This document shows positions 45,421 to 55,155 of a DNA stretch of 64,000 nt, one piece after another; position 1 is the stretch's first letter, and each line of letters begins with the position of its first letter. Made by a program: the position numbers and the translations under genes. Below the pieces are notes generated by a model. The model had not been told where the DNA came from. It saw only the letters and a list, made by a program, of their open reading frames with translations, and ran no database searches. The stretch lies in the NCBI RefSeq assembly GCF_017306415.1, contig NZ_JAFKIL010000011.1. One strand, written 5' to 3'. This stretch comes from Microbacterium sp. (GTDB lineage Bacteria; Actinomycetota; Actinomycetes; Actinomycetales; Microbacteriaceae).

Positions 45421-46660
45421 TGCACACCCTCCACGTCCAGCCCCCTCATCACGCCGCGAATCAAAACCTCAGACTCATCGAAACTGTCAGGACTCACCAC
45501 GACCCTATCCGCCCATTCGGCAAGTCGCGTCTTAAGGATCACGCCTGAGGTTCTACCTCCCTTCGTCGCGAACCTCACAGCAACGGACCGGTCCGTACTC
45601 CAACTCGTGAGCCGAGTCATTTCTGTTGCGCCCGAGTTGTGAATTACGGCATCGTCGCTCCCTAATACATCTCCGGGCCACGCTTCGCCCTCCAGTGCCT
45701 CCCCGTACACGTGATGATCGTTGGAAAGTCCGCGATAGATCAGCGTGTCAAGCGAGCTATCGACGTCGGCGCTCATCTCCGCCGCCGACGTGAACTCTGC
45801 TCCGGCGGCGGGGATGGTGACCGTGTCGGCTCCGTCGGCGATGGGGATGAAGGCCAGCCCGACCGAGACGACTGTCAACCCGACTCCCGCGGAGATCGCT
45901 GCCGCCTGCGGCGACGGCTTACCGTAGGCGCCGCCGTAGTTGTCCCACGAGCCGTGAGCGGAGCCCGACGTGCTCCGCGCGAGACTGTGCAAGTACGAGG
46001 CCCGGTTGTACGACCTCAGCCAGGCGGTCGTGTTACCGGTCCCGTTCACCTTCGCGTACATCGACGCGACCGTGGACGCACTCGCCGCCGTCACACCATG
46101 CCCGAGCGCGCAGTTCACGTTGTGAGTGAGAGCACCCGTATCGGCCTCATAGCAGTCGCCGGACGGGTCGGTGTTGGTGATCGGGTCGTTGCCGGCGTAC
46201 GAGTACCCGTTCACCTGCTGCGGATTCCCGACCGCCAACACCGGATCGACGGACTCGAACCGCCCGAGCGTGGCGTCGTAGAACCGGTCCCCGAGCGATG
46301 TGAGGCCTGTCGAGGTACTGGCGGGCTTGTTCAGGAACCCGTTGCCGTCTCCCCACACCCCCGTGCCGGCACCGATGCCGTTGCCGAACGGGTCACGGTA
46401 CTGACTCGTCGTCGCCCCCGAGGTCGCGACCGTCTGCGTATCGACCGTCCCGTCGACATCGCTGAACAGCCACACCAGCGACGAACCCGTCACCCCCGTC
46501 GTGGTGGTCCGCTCCACCGGCGACGCCCCATCCTGCGCGTACGTCCGCACCCCCGTCACCGCCCCGGAAGCATCCTTCGTGAGCACGGTGTCGCCGAGGA
46601 ACAGCTTCGCCCCGCCCCCCGGATCCACCTGCAGCAGAAGCGATCCGGATCCATCCGCCC
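45417..46660 (-). pseudogene. 5'-truncated Rhs protein: RHS-associated core plus ADP-ribosyltransferase-like C-terminal toxin
   Basis: YRDPFG, GLTSLGDRFYDATLGRFESVDP, NGYSYAGNDPITNTDPSG core; tip IYRG...TSWST...ESEVL; frame begins abruptly at ADGSGSLLLQVDP. Confidence 0.85.
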
Positions 46661-46831
46661 GACGTCAAGCACTTCCTGCATCCCGAGGTCGGGCTGCTGA
46701 CGCTGTCGTGCCAGACGCTGCTCGATCCCGAGCAGTCGCACCGGCTCCTGGTCTACACCGCGGAGCCGGGGAGTGAGAGCTCCGAGAAGCTGCAGCTCCT
46801 GGCCGTCATCGGCGCGCAGACGCTGACCTGA
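46661..46831 (+). pseudogene. C-terminal fragment of an MmyB/XRE-type regulator ligand-binding domain
   Basis: DVKHFLHPEVGLLTLSCQTLLDPEQSHRLLVYTAEPGSESSEKLQLLAVIG*; no recognisable 5' part (absent from the ORF track). Confidence 0.8.
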
Positions 46832-46855
46832 CGCGGGCGCTGCCCTGACCTGGGG

Positions 46856-47806
46856 TCAGGACAGGTAGGGATCCACGAAGAGCGGACCGCGGATCGCGCG
46901 CAGCATCTCGATAAGCCGGTCGAGCGCCCGCCGGTTCCACTGCGGCAGGACGAGGTCGTAAGGGCCGAGCGGCGCGAGCCGACCGGTGCGGATCCGGACG
47001 ACCTCCCACCCCGCCCCTCGCAGCGCGCGGTCCTTCCGCCGATCCACGGCCTCCCGCCCGCCGACGTGCTCGAGGCCGTGGCGCCCGATGCTGTCGTACT
47101 CGATCGCGACGCGGAGCTCGGGGAGCAGGATGTCGGGCCACACCTCCAGGTGCTGGAAGAACGGACGGGCGACCCGCACCGCGGTGAGCCCGGGCGTGAC
47201 GGCCAGGCGGCCGAACACGTCGGCGCGCAGCCGCGCCTCCACCGCCGATGCGGGTTTCGGCGCGCACACACTGACGAACGGCTCGCCGACGGCGACCTCG
47301 GGCGTGAGGGCGCACAGGGCCGGCGCGGGTTTCCGCCGACGCGCGCGAAGCACTGTCCGCGGGGCGGGCTCATCGAGCGGCGGCTCTCCCGGGGGCGGTT
47401 CTCCCGGGGGTGGTTCTCCCGCGAGTGGTTCTCGCGGGAGCGGAGGCGTGGGCGAGGTCACGGGTGATGCCACCGAGGCGCGCATCGGGAGGGCGATCGC
47501 GGGCCGGGCCGTTCCGGCGCACTCCGGGCACCATGCCGACCGTCGCCGCACCCGGCCCGGACGCGAGCGCTGCTCGTCGGGCGTCGCGGCGAACCGATGG
47601 CCGCTCTCGCACTCCCAGAGGAGGAGCACGTCGGCCGCCGGCGGGATCTGGCTGAGGGTGATCCCGGCGTTCAGCTCCGGATGGTACTGCCGGATGAGCG
47701 CCGGATACGCCGACCAGGCCTCGCGGTAGGTGCCGACCGGGTAGGGCACCTCGGCGCCGCGCGAGAACTGGCGGCGGGCCCACCACAGTTCCACGCGCTC
47801 CGACAT
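46856..47806 (-). CDS. Zinc-ribbon protein with C-terminal DUF559/Vsr-like endonuclease domain
   Basis: WECESGH...WCPEC zinc ribbon; WPDILLPELRVAIEYD...H...DRRKD..LRGAGWEVVRIR. Confidence 0.75.
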   Translation of the reverse strand: MSERVELWWARRQFSRGAEVPYPVGTYREAWSAYPALIRQYHPELNAGITLSQIPPAADVLLLWECESGHRFAATPDEQRSRPGRVRRRSAWCPECAGTARPAIALPMRASVASPVTSPTPPLPREPLAGEPPPGEPPPGEPPLDEPAPRTVLRARRRKPAPALCALTPEVAVGEPFVSVCAPKPASAVEARLRADVFGRLAVTPGLTAVRVARPFFQHLEVWPDILLPELRVAIEYDSIGRHGLEHVGGREAVDRRKDRALRGAGWEVVRIRTGRLAPLGPYDLVLPQWNRRALDRLIEMLRAIRGPLFVDPYLS

Positions 47807-47868
47807 GGATCGGAGGGTAGCCCCGGCCCCCGACACCGCGGCATCCGTCTTTCGCCCGCACAGCATCC

Positions 47869-47974
47869 GTCCGGCAGAGATGTGCAGAAACACGGAGATG
47901 TGCAAGAACGCGGATGCCGCGGGGCGAGGCGATCCGTAATCCTGCACATCTCCGCAGACCTGCACACCCCGGAC
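47869..47974. repeat. Palindromic REP/MITE-like element (GGAGATGTGCA...TGCACATCTCC)
   Basis: Termini GTCCGG/CCGGAC; internal inverted repeats; related copy at 49248-49347. Confidence 0.75.
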
Positions 47975-48050
47975 TGCGGCCCGGCCCCACACACCGCGGC
48001 ATCCATGTCGTCGGTGCGTGCGACGATCCCAGCACGACGGAGGGAGGCGG

Positions 48051-49244
48051 ATGCGGGGCGAGGCGAGCGTGCTGCATGCCGACCTCGACGCCTTCTACGC
48101 CTCGGTCGAGCAGCGGGATGCGCCGGCGCTCCGCGGTCGCCCGGTGATCGTCGGCGGCGGGGTCGTGCTGGCCGCCAGCTACGAGGCCAAGGCGCGCGGC
48201 GTGCGGACCGCGATGGGCGGTCGGCAGGCGCGCGAGCTCTGTCCCGACGCCGTCGTCGTCCCGCCGCGGATGGATGCCTACGCGGCGGCGAGCCGCGACG
48301 TCTTCGCCATCTTCCGCGACACCACTCCGCTGGTGGAGGGCCTCTCGATCGACGAGGCGTTCCTCGAGGTCGGCGGCCTGCGACGCATCGCGGGCACCCC
48401 CGAGGAGATCGCCGTGCGGCTGCGCGCGCGGGTGCGGACGGAGGTGGGGCTCGCGATCTCGGTGGGCGTCGCCCGCACGAAGTTCCTCGCCAAGGTCGCG
48501 AGCGCCGTGAGCAAACCCGACGGACTGCTCGTGGTGGAGCCGGAGCGGGAGGAGGCGTTCCTGCTCCCGCTCCCGGTCGAGCGGCTGTGGGGGGTCGGCG
48601 CCGTGACCGCCGCGAAGCTGCACGGGCTCGGCATCCACACCGTCGGCGAGCTGGCCGAGCTCGAGGCCGCGACCGCCGAGCGGCTCCTGGGCAGGGCCGC
48701 CGGCGCGCATCTGCACGCACTCGCGCGGCTCCGCGATCCGCGCCCCGTCGATACCACGCGGCGGCGCGGATCGATCGGCTCGCAGCGCGCCCTGGGCACC
48801 CGTCCGCGGTCGCCCGACGAGCTCGACGTCATCCTCACCCAGATCGTCGACCGCCTCGCCCGGAGGCTGCGCGACCGCGACCGGTCGTGCCGCACCGTCG
48901 TCCTGCGGCTCCGCTACGGCGACTACGCGAAGGCCACCCGGTCGCGCACGGCCCGCTTCCCGACCGACCGCACCGCCGTGCTGCTGACGATGGCCCGCGG
49001 CCTGCTCGCCGCGGCGCTGCCCGAGATCGCGGCGCGCGGCATCACCCTGATCGGCGTCTCGCTGTCGCAGCTCGGTCACGCCGACGGCATCCCGCCGGAG
49101 CTGCCGATCGACGATGACGACGCACGCCTCGACACGGTGCTCGACCGCGTGCGCGACCGCTTCGGAGCCGCGTCGGTCGCCCGCGCCACCCAGCTCGGCC
49201 GCGATCCGGGATGGTCGACGCCCGTGCTGCCGGAGCACGAGTGA
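48051..49244 (+). CDS. dinB: DNA polymerase IV
   Basis: LHADLDAFYASVE, ASYEAKARGV, SIDEAFL, KFLAKVAS...KPDG. Confidence 0.95.
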   Translation: MRGEASVLHADLDAFYASVEQRDAPALRGRPVIVGGGVVLAASYEAKARGVRTAMGGRQARELCPDAVVVPPRMDAYAAASRDVFAIFRDTTPLVEGLSIDEAFLEVGGLRRIAGTPEEIAVRLRARVRTEVGLAISVGVARTKFLAKVASAVSKPDGLLVVEPEREEAFLLPLPVERLWGVGAVTAAKLHGLGIHTVGELAELEAATAERLLGRAAGAHLHALARLRDPRPVDTTRRRGSIGSQRALGTRPRSPDELDVILTQIVDRLARRLRDRDRSCRTVVLRLRYGDYAKATRSRTARFPTDRTAVLLTMARGLLAAALPEIAARGITLIGVSLSQLGHADGIPPELPIDDDDARLDTVLDRVRDRFGAASVARATQLGRDPGWSTPVLPEHE

Positions 49245-49247
49245 GGG

Positions 49248-49347
49248 GCCGGAGATGTGCAGAATCGCGGAGATGTGCAGAATCGCGGAGGAAATCCGCG
49301 CCGGCGATCCGAATTCCTGCACATCTCCGCCGTTCTGCACGCCGGAC
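49248..49347. repeat. Palindromic REP/MITE-like element, second copy
   Basis: GGAGATGTGCAGAATCGC x2 ... CTGCACATCTCCGC. Confidence 0.75.
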
Positions 49348-49388
49348 GCACGCCCTGGCCCGAGACGCATCCGTCGGGCGCGCCCGGC

Positions 49389-50243
49389 TCAGGGCCGCGG
49401 TCGCGGACGCGCGAACCGCGCCAGCGACATCACCCACCGCGGAATCCGCTGCATCGGCCGCGCGCGGCCGAGCGCGTCGACGGCCGCCATCTCGTCGGCC
49501 GACAGCGCGAAGTCCCCGATGTCGAAGTTCGCGGCGATGTGCGCCGGATCGGTCGACTTCGGGATCGCGACGAAGCCCCGCTGCAGGTGCCATCGCAGCA
49601 CCACCTGGGCCGGCGACTTCCCGTGCACGGTGGCCGCCGCGACGATCGCCGGCTCGGCGAGCAGCTCCCGCGATCCGTGGCCGAGCGGGTACCAGGCCTC
49701 GGCCACGATGTCGTGCCGGGCGAGGACGGGGAGCAGGCCCGGCTGCTGCCAGTACGGATGCAGCTCGATCTGATCCACGACGGGACGGATGCGGGCGACG
49801 GCGAGCAGCCGGTCGAGGTCGTCCGCGGTGAAGTTGCTCACCCCGATCGATCGCACGGTCCCGGCGTCGACGGCCTCCTCCATCGCCTTCCAGGCGCCGA
49901 TCACGTCGCCGACCGGCTGGTGCAGCAGGAGGAGGTCGATCGGCCCGCAGTCGAGGCGTTCGACCGACGCCCCGATCGCGGCCCGCGCCCGGTCGAGACC
50001 GTAGTCGGAGGGCCAGAGCTTCGTCGTCACGAAGATCTCCTCGCGCGGAACCCCCGAGCCGCGGATGCCTCTCCCCACCGCCCGCTCGTTGCGGTAGAAC
50101 GCGGCGGTGTCGACGAGGCGGTATCCGCCACGCAGCGCCGATCTGACGCTCGCCTCGCACACCGCGACGTCGGAGACCAGGAAGACCCCGAGACCCAGCC
50201 GCGGCATGCGCGCGCCGTCGTTCAGCGTGATCGTCGCGTCCAT
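49389..50243 (-). CDS. Aldo/keto reductase (2,5-diketo-D-gluconate reductase-like)
   Basis: MPRLGLG, GYRLVDTAAFYRNE, FVTTKLW, IGVSNF, IPKS. Confidence 0.92.
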   Translation of the reverse strand: MDATITLNDGARMPRLGLGVFLVSDVAVCEASVRSALRGGYRLVDTAAFYRNERAVGRGIRGSGVPREEIFVTTKLWPSDYGLDRARAAIGASVERLDCGPIDLLLLHQPVGDVIGAWKAMEEAVDAGTVRSIGVSNFTADDLDRLLAVARIRPVVDQIELHPYWQQPGLLPVLARHDIVAEAWYPLGHGSRELLAEPAIVAAATVHGKSPAQVVLRWHLQRGFVAIPKSTDPAHIAANFDIGDFALSADEMAAVDALGRARPMQRIPRWVMSLARFARPRPRP

Positions 50244-50314
50244 GCGGATCCTTTCGGAGGGAGGGGCTCGTGTGCACGCTACCCCTCCCTGGCCGGGGAG
50301 GCCGCCGCGTCGCG

Positions 50315-51222
<908 letters not shown>

Positions 51223-51261
51223 AGCGCAAGAGGGAGCGCAAGAGGGGAAGGTGAACGTCCG

Positions 51262-51861
51262 ATGACGAGTCCGCAGACGGTCGCGCCCGCACCGACGGAG
51301 CACGACCGCATCGTGCAGGTCGCCGACGGCCTCTTCTACGAGCGGGGGATCCACGCGGTGGGCATGGACGCGATCCGGACGGCGGCCGGCGTGCCGCTCA
51401 AGCGGCTCTACCAGGAGTTCCCCTCGAAGGACGCGCTGCTCGCCGAGGTGCTGCAGTACCGCTCCGGCGTCTGGGATGCCGGGATCGCGGCTGCGGCGGC
51501 CGGCGCGGCCACTCCGCGCGAGAAGCTCCTGGCGGTCTACGACTTCCTCGACGGCTGGTTCCGCACCGATGACTTCCGCGGCTGCGGGTTCATCAACGCG
51601 TTCGGTGAGCTGGGCGCCGTGTCACCGGAGGTGTCCGCGATCGCGCGCTCGCACAAGGAGCGCTTCCAGCACTACGTCGCGGCCCTCGTGCACGACCTCG
51701 GCGCACCCCCGCATCTCGCGGACCAGCTCGCGATCCTCGCCGAGGGCGCCCAGACCACCGCCGCCATCAGCGGCGTGCCCGCGGCGGCCACCCATGCGCG
51801 CAGCGCCGCCGCGACCCTCATCGACGCGGCGCTCGGCGACGCGACGCCGGCGGTCGTATAG
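51262..51861 (+). CDS. TetR/AcrR-family transcriptional regulator
   Basis: LFYERGIHAVGMDAI...LKRLYQEFPSKDALL HTH; RGCGFINA. Confidence 0.92.
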   Translation: MTSPQTVAPAPTEHDRIVQVADGLFYERGIHAVGMDAIRTAAGVPLKRLYQEFPSKDALLAEVLQYRSGVWDAGIAAAAAGAATPREKLLAVYDFLDGWFRTDDFRGCGFINAFGELGAVSPEVSAIARSHKERFQHYVAALVHDLGAPPHLADQLAILAEGAQTTAAISGVPAAATHARSAAATLIDAALGDATPAVV

Positions 51862-51918
51862 ACGGACGCTGCCCCGCATCGGTCGGCGCTCACAGGTCCC
51901 GCGCGTAGGATCGCGGGT

Positions 51919-52320
51919 GTGCGAGTGACATCGGGATCCGACTGGCGGGACAGCATCCCCTTCGAGACGCCCCTGCTCCTCGCCGACATCGCCCCCGGCG
52001 GACCCGCGCGCTGCGTCGCATGCGGCGTCGCGGCCGATCCCCTCGAGCGCGACCGGCTGTGGGTGGTCAAGCACCGGCACCCCAACGACCACGGCGGATT
52101 CGTACGGTTCTACTGCGCCGACCACGCTCCCGCGGCGGCTGCCACCGTCGCCGGGCCCGCGCCGGACGCGGTCCGCGCGAAGCGCGCGGCCACCCCGCGG
52201 GCGCCGCGCGCGCCCCGCCCGACGCCGGTGGCCGAACGGCCGCGGCCGGTCTGCCCGGACTGTTTCGTGGAGGTGCCGCCGACCGGCCGATGCGGGGTCT
52301 GCGGCACGATGGTGGCCTGA
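51919..52320 (+). CDS. Small Cys-rich hypothetical protein
   Basis: CVAC...H...FYCADH and CPDC...CGVC putative zinc-binding motifs; TAGGAT -10-like just upstream. Confidence 0.65.
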   Translation: MRVTSGSDWRDSIPFETPLLLADIAPGGPARCVACGVAADPLERDRLWVVKHRHPNDHGGFVRFYCADHAPAAAATVAGPAPDAVRAKRAATPRAPRAPRPTPVAERPRPVCPDCFVEVPPTGRCGVCGTMVA

Positions 52321-52363
52321 GCCGCACCCCCCGACACCGCCACCCGCCCTCGCCGCCGAGCCG

Positions 52364-53143
52364 TCAGCCGGCGAGCCGCGCGCGGACGACCTCGGCCGCC
52401 TCGGGCCCGTCGAGGCGATGACCGATCGAGGCCGGCATGTCGACCCGCTCTGCCCCGGGTATCGCAGCCGCGAGCCGGTGCGACGCGGCGATGAGCATCG
52501 GGAACGTCTGCACGCCGCAGAGGATCGTGACCGGCTCCGCGACGGAGAGCATCGCGGGCGTCGGGGTCGACACCGCCCGCGTCAGGGTGGCGTCGTAGAC
52601 GACCGACTGCGCCAGGGACTCGAGGTCGGCGAACATCGGGCTCTGCCGGATCTGCTCGATCATCTCGTCGGGCAACCGGATCGCCTCGCGCTGGAAGGCG
52701 GCCACCGCGTCGCCCCGCCGCCCCTCGTCGACGAGCTGCTGCAGCCGCTCCGGAAGGTCGGCCGCCGGCAGATCCTCCCCGAACGCGAACGGCGGCTCGG
52801 AGAGGAAGAGCCGCCCCGTGTCGACGCCCTCGGACGCGGCGAACAGCGCCAGGACCGCCCCGGACGAATGACCCAGCACGGCTGCCGCGCCCCCGACGGC
52901 GCCGATCACCGCGGCCAGGTCATCCACCTCGCGCTTCGGATCCACCGGCGGCGAGTCACCGCTGTCGCCGCGGGCGCGCCGGTCGTAGGCGACGGCGGCG
53001 AACCCGGCGTCGGACAGCGCCGCCGCGACGGACGCCGCATCCCTCGCGCGCGACATCGCGCCGTTGACGATCACGACCCGCGGACCGTCGCCCACGCGCT
53101 CATAGGCGATCGAGGTTCCGTCTGCAGAGGCCACGTGCTCCAT
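52364..53143 (-). CDS. Alpha/beta hydrolase
   Basis: SADGTSIAY, YDRRARGDSGD, GHSSG nucleophile. Confidence 0.88.
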   Translation of the reverse strand: MEHVASADGTSIAYERVGDGPRVVIVNGAMSRARDAASVAAALSDAGFAAVAYDRRARGDSGDSPPVDPKREVDDLAAVIGAVGGAAAVLGHSSGAVLALFAASEGVDTGRLFLSEPPFAFGEDLPAADLPERLQQLVDEGRRGDAVAAFQREAIRLPDEMIEQIRQSPMFADLESLAQSVVYDATLTRAVSTPTPAMLSVAEPVTILCGVQTFPMLIAASHRLAAAIPGAERVDMPASIGHRLDGPEAAEVVRARLAG

Positions 53144-53178
53144 GCCGCAAGCCAACCAGAGGGCCCCGACATCCGTCG

Positions 53179-53690
53179 AGGACGGCGACCTCACCCACGC
53201 CTGCCGGACCCGGCCTGGCCCGGCCCCCGCGCCGGCCCCGGACCCGCATCCGCCTCCGCCCCCGCCTCCGCCTCCGCCTCCGCCTCCGCATCCACCTCCG
53301 CCTCCGCCTCCGAAAAGACAGACGCAACCGGGGACACGCCGGTCGCGACGGCCGCCGTCGCGGCGTGTCGACATCCACGTCCGCGTTTTCGAACCCCGGA
53401 CCCCGCACCCCGCACCCCGCACCCCGCACCCCGCACCCGTCGCCCCGAACCCCGCACCCCGAACCCCGCACCCCGCACCGCGCACCCCGCAACCCGCACC
53501 CCGAACCCCGAACCCCGCACCCGTCGCCCCGAACCCCGCACCCCGCACCCGTCGCCCCGCACCCGTCGCGCCGCACCTCGCACCCCGCGCCCGAACCCCG
53601 AACCCCGCGCCCGTCGCGCCGCACCTCGCACCCCGCGCCCGAACCCCGAACCCCGCGCTCCAGGCCAGGACGGCGACCTCACCCCACGCC
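53179..53690. repeat. C-rich low-complexity tract (CCGCCT hexamers; GCACCCC/GAACCCC heptamers) flanked by 23/24-bp direct repeats
   Basis: AGGACGGCGACCTCACCC(C)ACGCC at 53179-53201 and 53667-53690; hexamers ~53244-53312; heptamers ~53391-53658. Confidence 0.8.
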
Positions 53691-55067
53691 GGCGCCGACG
53701 AGGGCGACCGCGCGGGCGACGGCCGCGATCGACCGTTCCACGTCGTCCTCGCTCGTCTGCCAGTTCGAGACGGAGATGCGCAGCACGGCCCGCCCCTGCC
53801 ACTCCGACCCGGACATCCACACTTCGCCCTCATCGAGGATCGCGGCCACGACCCGCCGGGTGGTCTCGTCCGATTCGAACGCGATCGACGCCTGCGTGAA
53901 CACGACCTCGTTCAGCACCGTCGCGGCAGGGATGGCCGCGATGCCCGCGGCGAGCCGGCGCGCGCGCAGCGCCATCCGGTCGACGAGGTCGACGACCCCC
54001 TGCCTGCCGAGCGAACGCAGGACCGCCCACACCGGGACGCCGCGGGCCCGTCGCGACATCTCCGGTACGTAGTCGAAGGGCTGGCCGTGTCCGTCGTTGA
54101 AGTCGTCGATGTAGGGGCCGTGCATCGCGGTGGCGGCGCGATGCGCCCGTTCGTCCCGCACGATGACCAGTCCGCAGTCGTACGGCACGTTCAGCGTCTT
54201 GTGTGCGTCGGTCGTCCACGAGTCGGCGAGCTCGACGCCGTCGACGAGGTGACGCAGCGCCGGGGATGCCGCCTGCCAGAGCCCGATCGCCCCGTCGACG
54301 TGCACCCACGCGCCGTGGCGGTGTGCGATCGGGACGAGTTCGGCGAACGGATCGCTGTCGCCGGAATGGATGTCGCCCGCCTGGAGCAGCACGATCGTCG
54401 GCTGCCCGGGCGCCGCGGCGAGCGCCGCCTCGAGCGCGGCGGGGATCATCCGGCTCTGGCCGTCGGCGGCGACGAGTTCGGGCTGCGGCAGGCCCGCATA
54501 CCGGAGCGCGGCCTCGGGCGACAGGTGCACCTGCGCGCCCGCGAGCACGCGGATCGGCGGCGACCCGGCCATCCCCCGATCCAGGTCCCATCCGGCGCGG
54601 CGCAGGAGCTCCCCGCGGGCGGCGAGGATTCCGACGAAGTTCGCCATCGTGGCACCCGTCGCGAATCCGACGGACGCCTCGCGCGGCAGCCCGAGGAGAT
54701 CCAGGACCCAGCGCCCCGCGGTCTCCTCCGCGGCGGCGGTCGCCGGCGTCGTCGCGCGCATCGCCGCGTTCTGATCCCACGCCGAGACGAGCCAGTCGGC
54801 AGCGAGCGCCGCGGGATGCGCGCCCCCCATGACGAACCCGAAGAAGCGACCCGATCCGATCCCGGTCAGCCCGGGCTCCATCCGTTCGGCGAGCAGGTCG
54901 ATCGTCGCCGCGGCATCCTCCGGCCCGTCGGGAAGCTCCCCGAGGGAACCCGCGATGACGGCGTCGTCGACGCGCGGCGGCAGCGTGCGCGTGTGCAGCG
55001 AACCCAGCCACTCGAGGGCGTGCACGTGCGCGGCCGCGAGGGCGGTCTGGTACCGGAAGTCGCTCAT
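53679..55067 (-). CDS. Group II PLP-dependent decarboxylase (aromatic amino acid/glutamate decarboxylase family)
   Basis: HVDGAIG, SWTTDAHKTL (PLP lysine), LRISVSNW. Confidence 0.9.
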   Translation of the reverse strand: MSDFRYQTALAAAHVHALEWLGSLHTRTLPPRVDDAVIAGSLGELPDGPEDAAATIDLLAERMEPGLTGIGSGRFFGFVMGGAHPAALAADWLVSAWDQNAAMRATTPATAAAEETAGRWVLDLLGLPREASVGFATGATMANFVGILAARGELLRRAGWDLDRGMAGSPPIRVLAGAQVHLSPEAALRYAGLPQPELVAADGQSRMIPAALEAALAAAPGQPTIVLLQAGDIHSGDSDPFAELVPIAHRHGAWVHVDGAIGLWQAASPALRHLVDGVELADSWTTDAHKTLNVPYDCGLVIVRDERAHRAATAMHGPYIDDFNDGHGQPFDYVPEMSRRARGVPVWAVLRSLGRQGVVDLVDRMALRARRLAAGIAAIPAATVLNEVVFTQASIAFESDETTRRVVAAILDEGEVWMSGSEWQGRAVLRISVSNWQTSEDDVERSIAAVARAVALVGAGVG

Positions 55068-55155
55068 GGCTCCAGCATCCGGGGGACGGGCTCAGCGCGA
55101 AAGGCCCGTTCGGGCCATGTTTGCGTCGGCCGCGACGATGGGGTGATGATGTGCC

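Larger units (their letters stand above)
42400..46660 (-). other. Rhs polymorphic toxin/immunity island with visibly lower GC
   Basis: Abrupt shift to A/T-richer codons from ~42.4 to ~45.7 kb; all genes on the minus strand; Rhs core at the right end. Confidence 0.8.

Noticed and set aside
47975-48050. LexA box upstream of dinB
   Set aside because: No CGAAC-N4-GTTCG-like sequence found
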